Part shown: piece after piece, positions 49,626 through 61,490 of the stretch
Numbering within the stretch: the stretch's first letter is position 1
How the letters are laid out: every line of letters begins with the position of its first letter
Source of the DNA: Massalongia carnosa
Taxonomy: Eukaryota
Length of the DNA stretch: 64,000 nt
Direction: 5' to 3'
Assembly: GCA_965645245.1 (NCBI GenBank)
Contig: OZ287078.1
Location: 558,001 to 622,000 of the forward strand
Position numbers and translations under genes: made by a program
Notes under the pieces: generated by a model
The model's input: only the letters and a program-made list of their open reading frames with translations
Told to the model about the DNA's origin: nothing
The model's database searches: none

Positions 49626-52403
49626 ATGTCTGATATTAGTGACGATACAACTACAACCCGCCCCGACCCTGGCGAGACAGAGTCAGTATTTGAGCTTCCT
49701 GGAGCATGTGATATCGACGTTCCTGAACGTATTACGCGTGGCAGAAAGCGTACGGTTGGTTCAGCAGAGCTTGGGAATGAAGCTTCAAGAGTATTGATCC
49801 ATATCCTTTATTTAATCAAGCTTATATATTAATATATGGCAGAGGTCTCCATCCCAGTCAGCCCTGAGCTTTTCTCGACGTTCCCCTGCACCCTCCACGA
49901 CTTCCCAAGCTACGGAGCGTCCCCATATCATCCTGAGCGGCACTATATACTCTGAGAACGACAGGAACGCTCCTGGTAACCATTCTAGCAGCCTTTCTAG
50001 GCCGTCACCTATAACCTCTATTGAAGGCAGGGTTATTGGTGGCCGGTTTTCGTCTCCTACAAGTGGAATAGCTTCAAAGAGAGCTAGAGCGAGCCGTAGT
50101 TGGATATGGGATTGGGGCACCAAGGCAGAGAGGGAGGGCAAGGCCTATTGGGTGTGTAACAAATGTAAAGTACCAGATTTATACTTATTTGCCATGTTTG
50201 CTATGAAAATTTGTATAGAACTCAGTGTAATTCCGCCCATTTTATATGTACCGAACCATCGAGTTGTCATTTTGACATGTACTATACATTTGTCCAATAT
50301 CTATTTAATTTATATTAACGATTATTAAAGCTAATTAACTACAGGTGTTGCAGACGGTTCTAATACTGAGTATATGATCACAAACGGCACTGCTTCATGT
50401 GGAGAGCACTTACGAAAGGACCATAATCTTGTTCCACCTAAGGAAGCAGCTGCTAGGGCATCTATCTCTGTTGTTGAACATCTTCAACAAGGGGTAGTAG
50501 TTGCTCCTTTTAGTCCAGAAGTCTTTCGACAAAAGCTCTTACGATTTCTTTGTATTTGTCATATTCCTTTTGCCATTGTAGAGCAGCGTGCTTTTCGAGA
50601 CCTGCTTTTATATTCAAGTCCGTATTTACGAGGCAATGATACACTCCCCAAGTCGGGCAATTCCATTAAAGCTGCACTATTAGAGATATTTCTAGCTTGT
50701 CAACTTGTATTGATTCAGTTATTAGTGGAAAGCAACTGCCAAGTCCATATATCCTTTGACTTATGGTCGTCTCCTAATAATTTCTCTATGCTAGGTCTTT
50801 GCTGTCACTTTATTGATCGTTCCTGGCAAGCACGTACAGTGATTCTTGGCATGAAGCGTCTTATTGGACCCCATAGTGGAGAGAATATGTCAAAATTAAT
50901 AGTCAAGGCCCTTGAAGTTTATAAACTAGGGGGTAGGCTCGGCTACTGTGTTTTGGATAATGCCGGTGATAATGACACTTGCTTGAGAGCAGTCGAGGAA
51001 CATCTCCTTTTGCAGGGAGTTAGGTGGGACGCTGATACTCACCGACTACGTTGTTTCGGCCATATCGTTAATCTCGTGGCAACTGCATTCTTAGAGAACA
51101 AACCTACGAAGCAAGCGCGTCAACGACTCCCAGGGGAGCCCAAGGCAGTCTGGAAACGTCCAATAGATGCTATTACGAAGCTTCATGTGATTATTGTCTT
51201 TATAATGGCCACCGCTCAAAGGATCGAGCAGTTTGAAGGGATTAATAAGACGATTCAAGACCCTCTCTTGCATCCAATTAAAGAGCAAATCACTAGATGG
51301 TTTTCAACTCTTAATATGCTTCGACGGGCCATTCAAATCAAAGACTCTCTTGATCTATTCGTCCATCGTAACTCTGAGCAATCATTTACTGAGAAGACTC
51401 TTTTTGATTCGCAAATGACGGTTGACGATTGGAACTACGCCAAGGAAGTGATTGCTTTTATGGAACCACTCGAAGAGCTTATGATGAGTTTACAAGGAAG
51501 AGAGATGTCTGGTATATTATATAAGCTTTAAATAACTCGATAATCACTAAGCTTTTAGTAGGAAATAATGGTTACGCTCACCAAGTGCTCCCTTCATATG
51601 ATTTAATAAAAAAGGGGATGGAAGAGCAGCTATTTGGCTTTGAGCTTGATGAAGTCGATCAGTCAAACCCACAGGAACTAGCTAGTAAACGACTGGAACT
51701 GAACATTATTAACGCCATGCAAAAGCTAGAGAAATACCGTCAACTACTCACTTCCCCTATTTATTTAGTGGCCGTCGTCCTGATGCCCTGGTATAAGTGG
51801 ACTTATTTTGAGGATAGTATGAGTGCTAGTGACCTTGCTCAAGCTCGTACGAAGGTCCAAAAACTTTGGCAAGACTTATATGCAAATATAGAGGTTGCTG
51901 AAGATGATACACCGTCACCTGGAAGTCAAAATAATTAGGTATATTAACACTTATTAATATAAAAACACGGCTAACTATATTTGTAGCACGCTAAGCCCTC
52001 CCTTTTGAAGGAACACCTTAAAAGGAGTACAAACAAAGCTAAATCCACTGTCAGAGATGAATATAGACGGTACTGTAATACAGAACCAGTTGATGAAGAT
52101 GGTTGCGGGTTCTCTGGCCACTTAGAATGGTGGAAAGCTCACGAGCCTCACTATCCTAGACTAGCTCAAATGGCCAGGGATATATTCTCTGTGCCTGGCA
52201 TGAGTGCAGAGGTCGAACGCTTGTTCTCTTCGTCCAAATTGATGATTCCAGATCATAGGAATCGTCTAAAACCCGACTTTATTGAGGCAGGAGAGTGTAT
52301 TAGAAGCTGGGCCATGGGTGGGCTAGTTCTAGGAGACTATTTCGAGTACTTACCAGCGTACCAGAAGGCAGGAGAGAAGTTCGGGGATCAAGGGAACCCA
52401 TAG
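49626..52403 (+). CDS. hAT transposase, 5 exons (introns 49791-49842, 50165-50344, 51512-51561, 51939-51986), with an in-frame TAG at 51936-51938
   Basis: BED zinc finger SWIW...WVCNKC...HLRKDH. Catalytic SFDLWS and VLDNA, RCFGHIVNL (CxxH), TRWFS, and the dimerisation domain WWK....YPRLAQMARDIFSVPGMSAEVERLFS. Confidence 0.88.
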
Positions 52404-52837
52404 GAGGTGGGATGAGTGCATGGTTGCCAAGGGGACTAGAAGTTGATATTTGCTATGTTTGATGGCAAATTTGGCATTGCTGGAAAGGTTCTTTTAGGTA
52501 TCTTTTGAATTTTTCCTAGTTAATTTTAGTTGAAAGGTTCAAAAACTACTTTGAGTTCGTGGAGAACAAATGCAAAAACACTCCTTCCTCATCACTTCAA
52601 CATCGCAACCTCAATCTACCACCTATATTTCAGACTCTACCCCCTAGCCGAGGTTTACCGGGCCATGGAAGGTGCGAAAATCCAGCCAAAATCATCAAAA
52701 CACAAAGGTCGTCGTCCTCGCTTAGCTGGGTCGTCGTCTCGATTAGGCAATTTATATCTACTACAAAGTGGTTTTACGCTCGAGGGAGGTTCCGGAAAGG
52801 TTTGTACGCACTGCACTTCAGTGGAGTCCATGGAGTC

Positions 52838-52938
52838 CATGGATTAAATGGATTAAATGCATTAAATGGATTAAATGGATTAAATGGATTAAATGGATTA
52901 AATGGATTAAATGGATTAAATGGATTAAATGGATTTAA
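52838..52938. repeat. Subterminal 9-bp tandem array (ATGGATTAA)n of the hAT element
   Basis: About 10-11 consecutive ATGGATTAA units followed by the palindrome AATCCAGTGGA-G-TCCACTGGATT. Confidence 0.92.
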
Positions 52939-54049
52939 TCCAGTGGAGTCCACTGGATTTACTCCACTGGAGATCCATGGACTCCGATCCACTCCATCCA
53001 TTAAATATATTCCTTAATGGAGTCCAATCCATTAAGGTTTAATCTTAATGGACTCCAATCCATATAGGTCTAGACTTAATGGATTGGATTGGAGCGCCAC
53101 TCCAATCCAATCCAGTCACTCCATTGCGAACACTGCTGCTGGCGCTTGAAGTATACATTCAGGGTAGGCGATTAAGACAGGAGAACTTAGCTAACTATGA
53201 GGAAAGAGGCACTAATAGTCTAAAATTCACGGCGTGATTCGATGAAAAGAGCGCTTTCGCCAGAAAAGTGGAAAGCGTTCACTAGTTTGGTATTGTAAGG
53301 CTCTTGAAAGATTGATAGGGTAGAAATCCTATATACAAGTCCCGATGAAGATCAATAAGGAATGCAAGCAGATCAAGGAAACCTTCAATCGTCTACTTCT
53401 ATGTAGTGAAGCCTGGCGGATTTGAAAAACTCCAATCTTCTCGTTGCTGCTCTCTCCTTGACCACTTGTCCTTCCTCATGGTTTCTTTAAATCTCATCAT
53501 CATTCAAAATTCTTTTTCAGAAACCTCAACTTCGAGCCCTCACGATATCAAATCAAAATAAGTCAAATTCTATCTCGATCCTCCACCAACAAAATGATGG
53601 AAGTAGTGAGATTATGATAGCCTGTCCTCAAGGCTCAATGCTGAAGTTATCAGAGCCTTCAGCACGGGATATCTATGCCATTCTAAATCTCGGGAGAGGA
53701 GACGTTTGGGCTGAGATTATTAAGAAAACGTGTTGTGCTCCGAGCAACTCTAATGGATAGAGGAATTTCAGCCTTCCGATGTATACCCTGAATATTTGCG
53801 ACCGAGGTTCTTTTGCCTCCTGCTTACTAATTTCCAGATTAGGCAATCATATGCTATATGCGAAAAGCTTCAGATATCGGCACGACTTCGGCAACTACGA
53901 GGAGGCAAAGGTATGCAGCAAAAATGCTACATTCGGAGGCAATTCAGCTGTTCATGATCACTGAGTGTCTCGGTGTCTCCGGTCAGCAATAAGGTGTATT
54001 TTGCCCAGCTGAAAAGGTTCAAAGGAAGCAGGTTCATGCATTTGATATA

Positions 54050-56018
54050 CTCGTATTCACCATTTGCAACACACCCCATTTGCAACACGCTAGTTAGTAA
54101 GCACCCGCATTAAAATCCGTTAACTCTACATTTCTCCCTCTTCTATCTGCATTATCAACTCAATTAAGTCATTATGAACTCAGCTGACGAACTGCCCAAA
54201 GAGGAGCGCATTCAGCTTGCTATTGCTGCTTATAGAGAGTCATTTAATGACTGGGAAGCCGGTCCCAAAGCTTTCGAAGACAAGCCATCCGTTCGAAAAA
54301 TCGCCCGTCAACATGGTATCGTTCATTCCACCCTTACTAGACGACTTGCAGAAACGAAAACTCATAAAGAAGCTGCTCTACTGCAGCAGCGATTACTTCC
54401 GGAGGAGGAATCAGCTCTCGTGGACTGGACAATACAAATGGAGGCATGGGGCTGGCCTCCTCGTGTAACACAGCTTCGCTTTATGGCGTTAGAAATGCTG
54501 ATAAAGCGAGACGATCGCAATGATTTGGGTATCAATTGGGTGAGCAAATTTTTATCTCGTCATAAAGAGTTGGATACTGTGTTTTGTCAGGCATTGGACA
54601 AGGAAAGAGCTTTAATGCATAATGCGGAAATGCTCAATCAATGGTTTCAGCTGTACGCAAAGAATTTTAATCAATATAAATTCAATGAGGAGGACTGCTA
54701 CAATATGGATGAAAACGGATTTGCTATGGGACTAGTGGGCAAGCTCAGAGTAATTTGCTCTAAGCATGATCGACCAGCATTATTGACTCAATGCGGTAAT
54801 AGAGAATGGGTTTCTCTGATCGAATGTGTATCTGCTGATGGAGCGGTTCTTAAACCATGGGTTATTTTCAAAGGTAAACAACAGCAAAAGGCCTGGCGTT
54901 CATTTATCAAAGAAGGTGGTCACATTGCTCTCAGTGAGAATGGATGGACAAACAATGAAATCGGTCTGGATTGGTTAAAGCAGTGTTTTGAACCGGAAAC
55001 ACGAAGCCGTTTAAAAGGTCGCTATCGTCTTCTTATTCTCGATGGACATGCTTCTCAACTTACTTCAGAAGCGATTCAGTTTTGTAAGGAAAAAGACATC
55101 ATTCTTTTATGTATTCCTTCTCATTCAACGGACATGCTTCAGCCTTTAGACGTTGGTGTTTTTCATCCATTGTCTACGGCCTATCGGGTGGAACTGGAGA
55201 AGCATACTAGACTAGGAGTTGGTTATTCAATTGATAAATCAGACTTTCTGCTTCTTTATCAAAAGGCTCGAAACAGAGCTTTATCCACTCAAAATATTCA
55301 GCATGCCTAGTCCAAAAGTGGGTTGTTTCCATTCAATCCTGCTATAGTTCTTCAAAAACTTCCTAGTCCACCTCATCCTTCTACGCCTCCGAAAATGACA
55401 GTAACGAGTTCAAATGATGTCTCTGTTTCAGTAGCATTTACTCCAGCAAATGCTGATCAAGTCAATAATTTGATGGAGCAATTGACTGACAATGACTCAA
55501 ATCAATTGGTTCTCGACAAGCTTGGAAAGGCCTGCAAATCCGCGTTGGCAAGCAGTCATCTTCTCAGGATTACAAACGAAGAACTTCTTGTAGCTGCTCG
55601 TCGTAAACACGAGAGAGCAAATCGAGCGAAGGGACATTAAGGTACTGCTAGAATCATGAATTCGGAGGTTCTCGAGGAACGAGAGCAAAAACTAGCTAGC
55701 AAAGAAAAGGAAAAAATTGATAAACAAATGACCAAAGAGTTCAATCTTTTGGTGAAATCTTTCAATAAACTCAGTCCCGATTTATTCATGGAGTCAAAAC
55801 AACGCAGTGTCATCAAGAAAGCTCTTCAAAGGCCTCCGATGCTTCCTCCGCCTTCGGATTCAATCATACTTCTCTCGCCCAGTCCTATCAAGAAGCGATC
55901 GAGAGGAACTTCATTGCCAAAAAAGACTTTCATGATTGAGCCGGAGGCGAATAGAATGAAAGAAATGCGCATCAGTCGAAGTGGTAGGACAATAAAGCCG
56001 CCGCAAAGGCTTGATTAA
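54050..56018 (+). mobile_element. Second Fot1/pogo-like DDE_1 transposon; left end present, right TIR not found
   Basis: TA at 54048-54049, then a terminus with the direct repeat CCATTTGCAACAC x2 (54060, 54076). Transposase from 54174. Confidence 0.85.
54174..56018 (+). pseudogene. Fot1-type transposase interrupted by two in-frame stops (TAG 55308-55310, TAA 55638-55640)
   Basis: HTH SVRKIARQHGIVHSTLTRR, AWGWPP, YNMDENGF, LLILDGH, QPLDVGVF. The three annotated ORFs share one frame; QHA*SKSGLFPFNP corresponds to the usual AW..SG..PFNP. Confidence 0.88.
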
Positions 56019-56484
56019 AGAACTAGAAACTCGCCTCGTACGCATGATCCTCCTCCTCCTAGCCAATAAAAAGTCTCTGTACGTATAAACAGTCCTTTCA
56101 CATGTTCATTTGCCCTGAGTTTATCTGTCAAATGATGTTGATGGGACTTCAGGACCCATCCTAAAAAAACTCCCTCCGATCCAACACAAGCAACGCCTTC
56201 TTGATCAACAGTGGTTATATTGGTCTTCATACAGTTACACACCTATTATATCCCCCCTGCTTTGCTACTCGAAAAAGTTCGCTCACCTCTTCAAGTTATA
56301 AGGGCATTGTCATTATGATTGATTGATTCTATAGATACTCTGTTACTACTTTTGCGTGTACTTATCTATTTCACGACATTTTGAATAACAATCGACAACC
56401 ATAATCTAGGCTACTATTATTGATTTGACTCTCACATCTATCTATTCTCTCAACACGTCTTCCCTTGTAACGCGTACCGACGTT

Positions 56485-58155
56485 ATGTCGACGCCGAGTA
56501 GGCGGCGTGGCGACATCGCTGCGCGGGCGCTACAAGAGAAGAAAAGCAGCGCAAACCTTACGAGCCGAGCAGTACGCGCAATAGCTGACATTGAAAAACA
56601 GCTACGCGACAAATCCAGAGAGATAATTAAGGGATCAGAGATCTTGACACTGCTACAAGAAGCAAAGGAGTTAATTCACTTTCTCGCGCTTCCGGAGAGC
56701 GAGCTACGCAATGATATGCAGCTGATTCAACAGCAATTAACGCGCATAGAAGCGAACACGACCAAGACGACGGCAGCAGTCAAGAGCTACGCCGCGGTAG
56801 CGTCCGCGGGAAGTAGCAGAAACGACAGCAACACGACGGCGACGCGCAACTCCGTAATGGAGCAGCAACGACAGCTGGAGGAGATAAAGAGAAGAAAGTC
56901 CGTTCTGATCAAGTTCAGGAACGACGCAGAGAAAGTCGGAATCAAAGCCTTGTCGAACAAGGCACTTATGGACAGAATCAAGACTATCGAGGAGAAGACC
57001 GGCGATGTACTGGCGGTGCGACGTCTCCCAAGCGGCGACTTAGAGCTGCTGGCGTGCACGATGGAAGCTAAGGCTAGAATGGAGATGGATCAACAGCTAC
57101 ATAAAGGGCTTGCGGACTCAGCGTATATAGTGCGACGCACATTCGCTGTGTTAGCGCATGGGGTGCGCGTAGACAGCGTCGACACAGTTAACGCACAAGC
57201 TACCATCAAGAGTCTAGAGAAACAGAATGAGCAGCTTCATCCGGGACTGCAGATCTGCCGCATTGCATGGACCAAAAGGGCAGTTTCAGAAGCCAAGATT
57301 CACTCCTCGCTAATAGTTGAAGTAGCCACCGCAGAGACGGCAAACAGACTGATTAAAGAGGGTCTTCTGCAGGATTACTCGCATAGAATATGTGAGTACT
57401 TCGATAAGAACTGTCGTCTAAAACAGTGCTTTCACTGCCAGAAGTACGGACATACGGGCACCGCATGCAAGAACGCCCTTCGATGCGCAGGCTGCGCTCA
57501 AGGACATCGCTCGCAAGCATGCAAAGCGCCTGCGGATCGACGCAAGTGCGCCGTGTGCGGCGGGAATCATCCGGCGTGGTCTCACCTCTGCCCCGTCCGA
57601 AAAGAGGAGAAGGAGCGTCTGAATGGCATCTGGAAGAACCGACCAACGTGGCATGTCGAGACGGAGGCGGTTGTCCTTCCTCGACAAAGTCAGACAGTAG
57701 AACGACGCAATAACGCCGGCGACACGACGTCTCATACACCTGCGCCAACACGTCATCAGGCAGTGCGTGAGCGAAGCCGCTCGCCAACCCCCGAGGCCGA
57801 GGAGCCGAACGAGTTCACTCAGGACGGCTCCACGATTATGAGCCTCGACATTAATACAGTCACCAACAGCTTTCCGGCTCTCCCCTCTACACACGGCAAG
57901 AGGGCACACTCGCAGGGACCTGGAGAAGGCTCCTCGCCATCTCCTACTAGGCGCAGAGCCAGCGTGTCGGTTGTACCTGACTCACAGCCGGCCTCGTCTT
58001 CTCATAGGTCTGACAGCGCCCTTGCAGTCCTTCGTTACCCCATGCCTCCTCCGGCGCCGAAGGCGCATTCGCAGACGCAGCCACAGCCCAAGCCGAAGCG
58101 CGGCCGCCCGCTGCTTCACAGAATCAGCGGCAAAGTCTCTCGAAATACCCAGTAA
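56485..58155 (+). CDS. LINE ORF1 (gag-like nucleic-acid chaperone)
   Basis: First ATG at 56485. Coiled-coil N-terminus, RRLPSGDL, AHGV, and three Cys/His knuckles CFHCQKYGHTGTAC, CAGCAQGHRSQAC, CAVCGGNHPAWSHLC. Confidence 0.93.
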   Translation: MSTPSRRRGDIAARALQEKKSSANLTSRAVRAIADIEKQLRDKSREIIKGSEILTLLQEAKELIHFLALPESELRNDMQLIQQQLTRIEANTTKTTAAVKSYAAVASAGSSRNDSNTTATRNSVMEQQRQLEEIKRRKSVLIKFRNDAEKVGIKALSNKALMDRIKTIEEKTGDVLAVRRLPSGDLELLACTMEAKARMEMDQQLHKGLADSAYIVRRTFAVLAHGVRVDSVDTVNAQATIKSLEKQNEQLHPGLQICRIAWTKRAVSEAKIHSSLIVEVATAETANRLIKEGLLQDYSHRICEYFDKNCRLKQCFHCQKYGHTGTACKNALRCAGCAQGHRSQACKAPADRRKCAVCGGNHPAWSHLCPVRKEEKERLNGIWKNRPTWHVETEAVVLPRQSQTVERRNNAGDTTSHTPAPTRHQAVRERSRSPTPEAEEPNEFTQDGSTIMSLDINTVTNSFPALPSTHGKRAHSQGPGEGSSPSPTRRRASVSVVPDSQPASSSHRSDSALAVLRYPMPPPAPKAHSQTQPQPKPKRGRPLLHRISGKVSRNTQ

Positions 58156-61100
58156 TGGCGGGACAAACATCTCTTTCAATATTACAGTATAACATCAGAA
58201 AGAGCAAGAACGGGGTCATGACCCCTCTACTGGCGGACAAGAGAATAGAGGAGTATGACGTCTTAGCCATTCAGGAACCATGGCGCAACCCCAGCATTTG
58301 CACGTCGCACAATCCGTTCAATTCCGGCTTTCATCTTGCGTTTATGTCGAATGAGAATGTACGTGCGTGTTTCTATATTAATAAAAGATTGGATGTCAAT
58401 TCTTGGGCTGTGGACTTCCTCACACCGGACGTGTGCACAATGAGACTAAGAATATCTGCGAGTAATGAGCCACGATACATCAATATACATAACGTCTACA
58501 GTCAATCACCCGACTCGCATTCTTCTCGCCAGCTACTCGAAAGCGTGGAGGCGGTGAGACGAAAGATTCATGAGCGGGATGAAGAGGAACACATCTTGCT
58601 GGGAGACTTTAATCTGCATCACCCTCTGTGGAGTGGCCCCTCCAGGCCTACACAACATCAAGCGGCCGACCAGCTTCTCGACGTCGTTCGTGCGGCGTCT
58701 ATACAGCTCACTCTACCTAGTGGCTCTGTCACTTGGGAGGCACGCAGATCCACGAGCACGATAGACTTAGTGTTCATGACCGACTCCCTGAGACACAGTC
58801 TGCTGCACTGTCACACCCGTCCGGAGATGAACCAATCGTCCGATCACATACCCGTCTCTACCAAGCTGACGCTAGAGGTGGAGCTGAGCGTGGAACGTCG
58901 CAAGAGAGCATGGAAGCGAGCCGACGAAGAAAATCTGGCGAAAAGTCTTCGTCTACCTGTAGTCACGGAGTGGCCGCGTACCCCGCAAGCCATAGACGAC
59001 TTAGCGAATCGACTACAGTCCGCCATTATTGACGCGATAAATGAGACCATTCCCTGGACGGCTCCCTGCCCCGTCTCCAAACCCTTCTGGAACGAGCGTT
59101 GCGCTGTCGCTGTGGCGGAGACTCGACGTCGAAGACGCGAGTGGACGAGGTGGAAGACAGAGGCAACGTGGCGCAGGTATCTCAAATCGGCGGACGAAAA
59201 GAAGAAGATCATCACCAAGGAGAAGAAGCTCGACTTCAGAAGAACCTTAGCAGAGATGACGTCTGCGTCCGAAGGCATATGGCGTCTTGCTCGATGGGCT
59301 CGTACGCGCAGTCACTTACCGCGAGACATTCCCAAGGTGCCCGATCTGACGCACACGCTTGCGGACGGCACAGCAGTCACTGCGTCCACATTCGACGAAA
59401 AGACGTCTCTTCTCTCTGACATGTTCTTCCCCAATGCAACCGCGGCAGACCTCAGCGACACGACGACGTATCGCTACCCTCCCGCTGTCGCAGAAACGGA
59501 GTCTCTTATCACAGGCGAGGAGATAGAGGGAGCAATCAAGCGTTGTAAGCCGGACTCTGCTCCGGGCCCCGACGGAATACCGAATAGAATACTCAAGCTT
59601 CTGATCAAGTCGATACTGCCCACGTTGGTCCTTCTGTTTCGCGCCTGCGCAGAGCAGGGGTATCACCCACTCTGCTTTCGCGAGGCTCACACTATTGCAA
59701 TCAAGAAGCCGAACAAGCCGAACTACACTCTCGCTAAGGCCTATAGACCTATCGCGCTTCTGAATACGCTTGGGAAGGTCTTGGAATCGATCATAGCTAA
59801 ACGCATCGCCGCTGTTGCGGAGACCCACAATCTGCTTCCTGAGTCTCAGATGGGACGACGACGACAAAGATCCTGTGAAACGGCACTTGAACTCCTCACC
59901 GAACAGATACACACGGTGTGGAACATGAGGTCAGACAAAGTGGCCACGCTTTTGAGCATTGATGTGGCCGGTGCCTTTGATCACATCTCGGCGGAGAGAA
60001 TGCTGCACAATCTGCGCAAGAGAAAAATTCCTGAATGGATCGTAGCATGGGTCGGCAGCTTTTTACAGCAAAGAAGGTCCACACTGACAATCGGCGGTCA
60101 GACGTCTTCGATGCGCCTTGTTCATGCCGGTATACCGCAGGGGTCGCCAGTGTCGCCCATTCTCTACATTTTTTACAACGCAGATATTTTGGAGGAGCTA
60201 GAGCGATCTCGACTCAAAGGCACCGCGTTGGGGTTTATTGACGACATCAATATACTGGCATACGGCACCTCGACTGCGAGTAACTGTCGAGCTTTAGAAC
60301 GTGCTCACGAGATGTGCGAGCTGTGGGCTAGACGTCATGGAGCGCACTTCGCGCCTGCTAAATACGAGCTCCTACATCTCGCCAGAAATGATCGTCGCTT
60401 CGACATGACGGCTGCCGTGTGCATAGGAGGCGTGGACAAGACGCCTTCGCCGTCGGTGCGAGTGCTTGGAATTCAGATCGACTCCAAGCTTAAATGGGGC
60501 CCTCATCTAAAGTTCATACAGGGCAAAATGGCTACACAGACCTTGGCATTATCCAGGCTTACGGCTTCTACGTGGGGAGCGTGCTTTACGAAGGCGAGAC
60601 ACGTTTATAGCGCCGTCGTGCGACGGGCGATTACCTTCGGCTCTACCGTCTGGCATTCGCCATATGGCCGTCCCGACGGCACGCAGAGGATCGACAAACA
60701 GCTCGGTGACATACAGCGAGAGTGTCTGCGAGTGATAAGCGGAGGATTTCGCGCTACTCCGCAAATCATCATCGAAGCCGAAACTCACGTTTCTCCAATT
60801 CAGCTGCATCTAGCTCACTTGCAGGCGAAGGCACGACGACGTCTTAAAGAACATGAACACGATCAACGCATCTCCGCTTTCTGTGAGAAGATCAAGCGCA
60901 AGCTGACTGCCTCGCGCGGTAGACGACGGCGCGCCCTCAACGCTACGCCGGCTCAGCGTAAGCGTGACTGGTATACGAGGCAGATTGCTCGAGTCCGGCC
61001 TGCTGACATGATAGAGGACACTCCGACGGACAAAGGGCTAGCCAAGATCTTCAACAATCAGTGGAAACAGACCTGGAGCGCGTATCAGGCGGCTCATCAG

Positions 61101-61490
61101 CGTCATCCCTGCGCTGCGCTTACTGAGGGTCTTTCGATAAAGAGACTGGGATTACATAAGAACTTCAGCAAATCCGAAAGCAGCCTCATCATTCAAATGC
61201 GTACTGAGCGTATTGGCTTGGCGGATTATCTCTTCTCTCGTCGAGTTCCCACGTTCGCTTCGCCGGCGTGTAGCTGTGGATGGGCACGCCAGACGCTCAA
61301 GCATGTGCTACTCAGCTGCCCCAGGTTTGTTAACGGCCGAAGCAACATGTGCAGAGACGCCGGAACGACGGATTATCGCCGCCTTCTGACCACCGAAAAG
61401 GGCTTACGAGCCTCCGCTCGCTGGCTTATGCGGACTAATCTACTGACACAGTTTTCGCTAGCTGTAGAGTGTCTTTCTTCCTCCCCCTGA
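58155..61490 (+). CDS. LINE ORF2: AP-endonuclease + reverse transcriptase + C-terminal zinc knuckle (no RNase H seen)
   Basis: ILQYN, AIQEPW, LLGDFNLHHPLW, STIDL, SSDH (APE); APGPDGIPN, YRPIALLNTLGK, DVAGAFD, GIPQGSPVSP, FIDD (RT); CSCG....TLKHVLLSC. Confidence 0.96.
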   Translation: MAGQTSLSILQYNIRKSKNGVMTPLLADKRIEEYDVLAIQEPWRNPSICTSHNPFNSGFHLAFMSNENVRACFYINKRLDVNSWAVDFLTPDVCTMRLRISASNEPRYINIHNVYSQSPDSHSSRQLLESVEAVRRKIHERDEEEHILLGDFNLHHPLWSGPSRPTQHQAADQLLDVVRAASIQLTLPSGSVTWEARRSTSTIDLVFMTDSLRHSLLHCHTRPEMNQSSDHIPVSTKLTLEVELSVERRKRAWKRADEENLAKSLRLPVVTEWPRTPQAIDDLANRLQSAIIDAINETIPWTAPCPVSKPFWNERCAVAVAETRRRRREWTRWKTEATWRRYLKSADEKKKIITKEKKLDFRRTLAEMTSASEGIWRLARWARTRSHLPRDIPKVPDLTHTLADGTAVTASTFDEKTSLLSDMFFPNATAADLSDTTTYRYPPAVAETESLITGEEIEGAIKRCKPDSAPGPDGIPNRILKLLIKSILPTLVLLFRACAEQGYHPLCFREAHTIAIKKPNKPNYTLAKAYRPIALLNTLGKVLESIIAKRIAAVAETHNLLPESQMGRRRQRSCETALELLTEQIHTVWNMRSDKVATLLSIDVAGAFDHISAERMLHNLRKRKIPEWIVAWVGSFLQQRRSTLTIGGQTSSMRLVHAGIPQGSPVSPILYIFYNADILEELERSRLKGTALGFIDDINILAYGTSTASNCRALERAHEMCELWARRHGAHFAPAKYELLHLARNDRRFDMTAAVCIGGVDKTPSPSVRVLGIQIDSKLKWGPHLKFIQGKMATQTLALSRLTASTWGACFTKARHVYSAVVRRAITFGSTVWHSPYGRPDGTQRIDKQLGDIQRECLRVISGGFRATPQIIIEAETHVSPIQLHLAHLQAKARRRLKEHEHDQRISAFCEKIKRKLTASRGRRRRALNATPAQRKRDWYTRQIARVRPADMIEDTPTDKGLAKIFNNQWKQTWSAYQAAHQRHPCAALTEGLSIKRLGLHKNFSKSESSLIIQMRTERIGLADYLFSRRVPTFASPACSCGWARQTLKHVLLSCPRFVNGRSNMCRDAGTTDYRRLLTTEKGLRASARWLMRTNLLTQFSLAVECLSSSP

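Larger units (their letters stand above)
49255..53135 (+). mobile_element. Full-length hAT-superfamily DNA transposon (Restless-like), 3881 bp
   Basis: Perfect 20-bp TIRs CAGTGTTCGCAATGGAGTGA (49255-49274) and its reverse complement (53116-53135). Perfect 8-bp TSD CTGCTGGC (49247-49254, 53136-53143). Subterminal TGGAGT/ACTCCA/TGGATT arrays at both ends. Confidence 0.97.

Noticed and set aside
52838..52938. CRISPR-like array or NGL-repeat protein
   Set aside because: Simple 9-bp tandem repeat without unique spacers, lying inside the hAT subterminal region
53700..53760. TPP riboswitch (CTGAGATTAT core)
   Set aside because: The downstream conserved elements (GATC..GATAAT..GCG..GG) are missing, and no thiamine gene is nearby
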